Origin: Podospora anserina
Lineage: Eukaryota
Assembly (NCBI GenBank): GCA_017654855.1
Contig: CM030337.1
Span: 2,418,001-2,482,000, forward strand
Length of the DNA: 64,000 nt
Direction: 5' to 3'
Program-made: the position numbers and the translations under genes
The notes under the pieces: generated by a model
Told to the model about the DNA's origin: nothing
What the model saw: only the letters and a program-made list of their open reading frames with translations
Databases searched by the model: none
In this document: positions 62,491-64,000 of the stretch, in pieces
Layout of the letters: the number at the start of each line of letters is the position of its first letter
Position numbering within the stretch: the first letter of the stretch is position 1

Positions 62491-62811
62491 TTAAAGCCTG
62501 AAAACAGCATCAGGCTGGAAAGCGTAAGTAGGTACCAGGTAGGTAAGAATTGGGTCAGCTGAGGGTTGAGGGCTTATTGGTCGCCTGAAATGAGGTTTAA
62601 AGGATGCAGGAGTCGTCTTCTGTCCGAGATAGGGCTTCAAACGGAAAAAAGAAGTTTTGGTTAGGCTTTAGGCACTGTTTTGTACCTAGGCTTAAGTGGC
62701 CTGTGCGTGCTTAGCGCCTTAGCCTAAAGTAGCTTAAAAGAGAAATATCTCTTTTCTTTACTAAGCTAAATCCTTCAACTCAGTAGCAGGTTTTACTTAC
62801 GTTTACGCTCA

Positions 62812-63028
62812 TGTAACGAACTCTGATCCAGAACCTCTGAAAGGGATATATAGACCCGTGGATCACCTGGATCACCTTTCCTTCCTGTAGCTCACTATGC
62901 TCATCGTGATCCTGTCGCTCGCTCACCGGGATCACCATGAGCTCGTCGCTTCACTTCCAATTGGTCAGTAATGATTGACCAGGGGCATCCCGCGCCCCGT
63001 GCGTTAGCTCTTCATCCACAATTGTACA
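62812..63028 (-). mobile_element. 217-bp solo LTR with 5-bp TSD GCTCA
   Basis: TGTA...TACA termini; GCTCA at 62807-62811 and 63029-63033; one end is homologous to the LTR at 4487-4890. Confidence 0.88.
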
Positions 63029-63785
63029 GCTCATAATTCTTTTCAAGTACTACCTTACTTACAGCAGGCCAAACAGGCAGAGCCCACAAGGCTTTACGTA
63101 GGTAGTAGGCCAGACTACTCCTGTCGCTTATCGGCTCCAAGCAGCTGCAGGGGCAAGTGCCCCAGACCCGCACTAATTGCCGGGCCGTTCCATTCTGTGT
63201 CTATTTAACTTCTCCAACCCGAGACAAATCACCCGACTACATGGCAAAGAATTCTCAAGACTACTATCAGCTGTTTGTCTCTACTCCCTTTCGTCTGACG
63301 AGAGCACTGCAGCTACCATGGAGTTCGCACAGAGCGCCACGCAGCAAACGGAGTCCTTGGCCATCCATCATGAGCATAGCTTCCAACTACCTACCCAGCA
63401 TTCCCGCTCACCGACGCCGAGAACACGGAGCGCTGATCGAAACCGGTACGGCCATCTCTCGCCGAGGCCAAGACGGCTCCAGTGGGCTTTTCCGAGAATT
63501 GGGTTGTCCCGGGTTCTTGGGTTGCATGCGGAGACGTGAAACACTTATTTACAGGCCGTTATTGTTAATAAACCCGTGCTGGGATCTTTGATTTCCGCCA
63601 ACGATGTCGCCGCGGAATAATTGCCTCCGCTTTGGCGAACATATTAGTGACACCTTTCGCTCGAGGTAGCGGAGGCGCCTTGGGGGGCTGAGGTAGGGAA
63701 ATATATGAAGTCAGCTACTTACCACATCTCTAGTCGGTAGTACTCCCCCAGGATTCCCTTCCCGGCAAGCAGTCTCATATCAACC

Positions 63786-64000
63786 ATGACGCAACTCAGC
63801 AGCCTTTTCCTGACCGCCGTGCTCGCCCTTGCCTCGGGTGTCCAGGCCCAGTGCGGTGCAGGCAGCCCCCATGCCACCGTGTCCGGCTCAGGCAATTCTT
63901 TCAGGACAACCAGAGGCTCCACTCAACTCTACTCTGGTTCCGACTACAGAGCTGCCATCCAGGCCGGTCTCGATGGAATCTCCAGCGGGCAGCGTGTTGC
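63786..64000 (+). CDS. Secreted protein, probable parallel beta-helix family (partial)
   Basis: MTQLSSLFLTAVLALASGVQA|QCGAGSPHA...YSGSDYRAAIQAGLD; runs off the end of the window. Confidence 0.7.
   Translation, partial: MTQLSSLFLTAVLALASGVQAQCGAGSPHATVSGSGNSFRTTRGSTQLYSGSDYRAAIQAGLDGISSGQRV

Noticed and set aside
1..64000. Starship/Spok block, CRISPR array, rRNA or tRNA genes
   Set aside because: No tyrosine-recombinase captain, Spok-like ORF, repeat-spacer array or structured RNA gene recognised by eye. A covariance-model scan was not possible.

Overview
Intron-containing genomic DNA of a Sordariomycete fungus. The GH5 mannanase at 22.0-23.2 kb matches my recollection of Podospora anserina Man5A, so the source is probably the P. 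anserina species complex (recognition only, no search run). The left ~38 kb is accessory and fast-turnover. It has an AT-rich, RIP-like island (~4.4-9.2 kb) with LTR and LINE relics and broken host genes (HNH nuclease, amino-acid permease, SesB-like hydrolase), and a spliced-together run of gene fragments at 17.5-21.4 kb. It also holds four local paralog pairs. In three (NmrA, HET, F-box-like) one copy is intact and the other decayed; the fourth, an orphan family with a 16-codon first exon and a conserved promoter motif, has no clearly intact copy. Intact accessory genes include an NmrA/Zn2Cys6 divergent pair, a CE3 esterase, Man5A, a Yvc1-like channel, a HET protein and a BVMO. The right part has a probable nitrogen-uptake trio (APC permease, Amt, Zn2Cys6 TF) and core genes (CAK-like kinase, Syp1, Mad1, Tam41, Pmp3). 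It ends with a frameshifted DUF3716/cupin-like gene, a 217-bp solo LTR with a perfect 5-bp TSD, and the start of a secreted beta-helix protein. I found no clearly complete novel system. The best leads are the orphan pair with in-frame TAG stops and the conserved promoter footprints.
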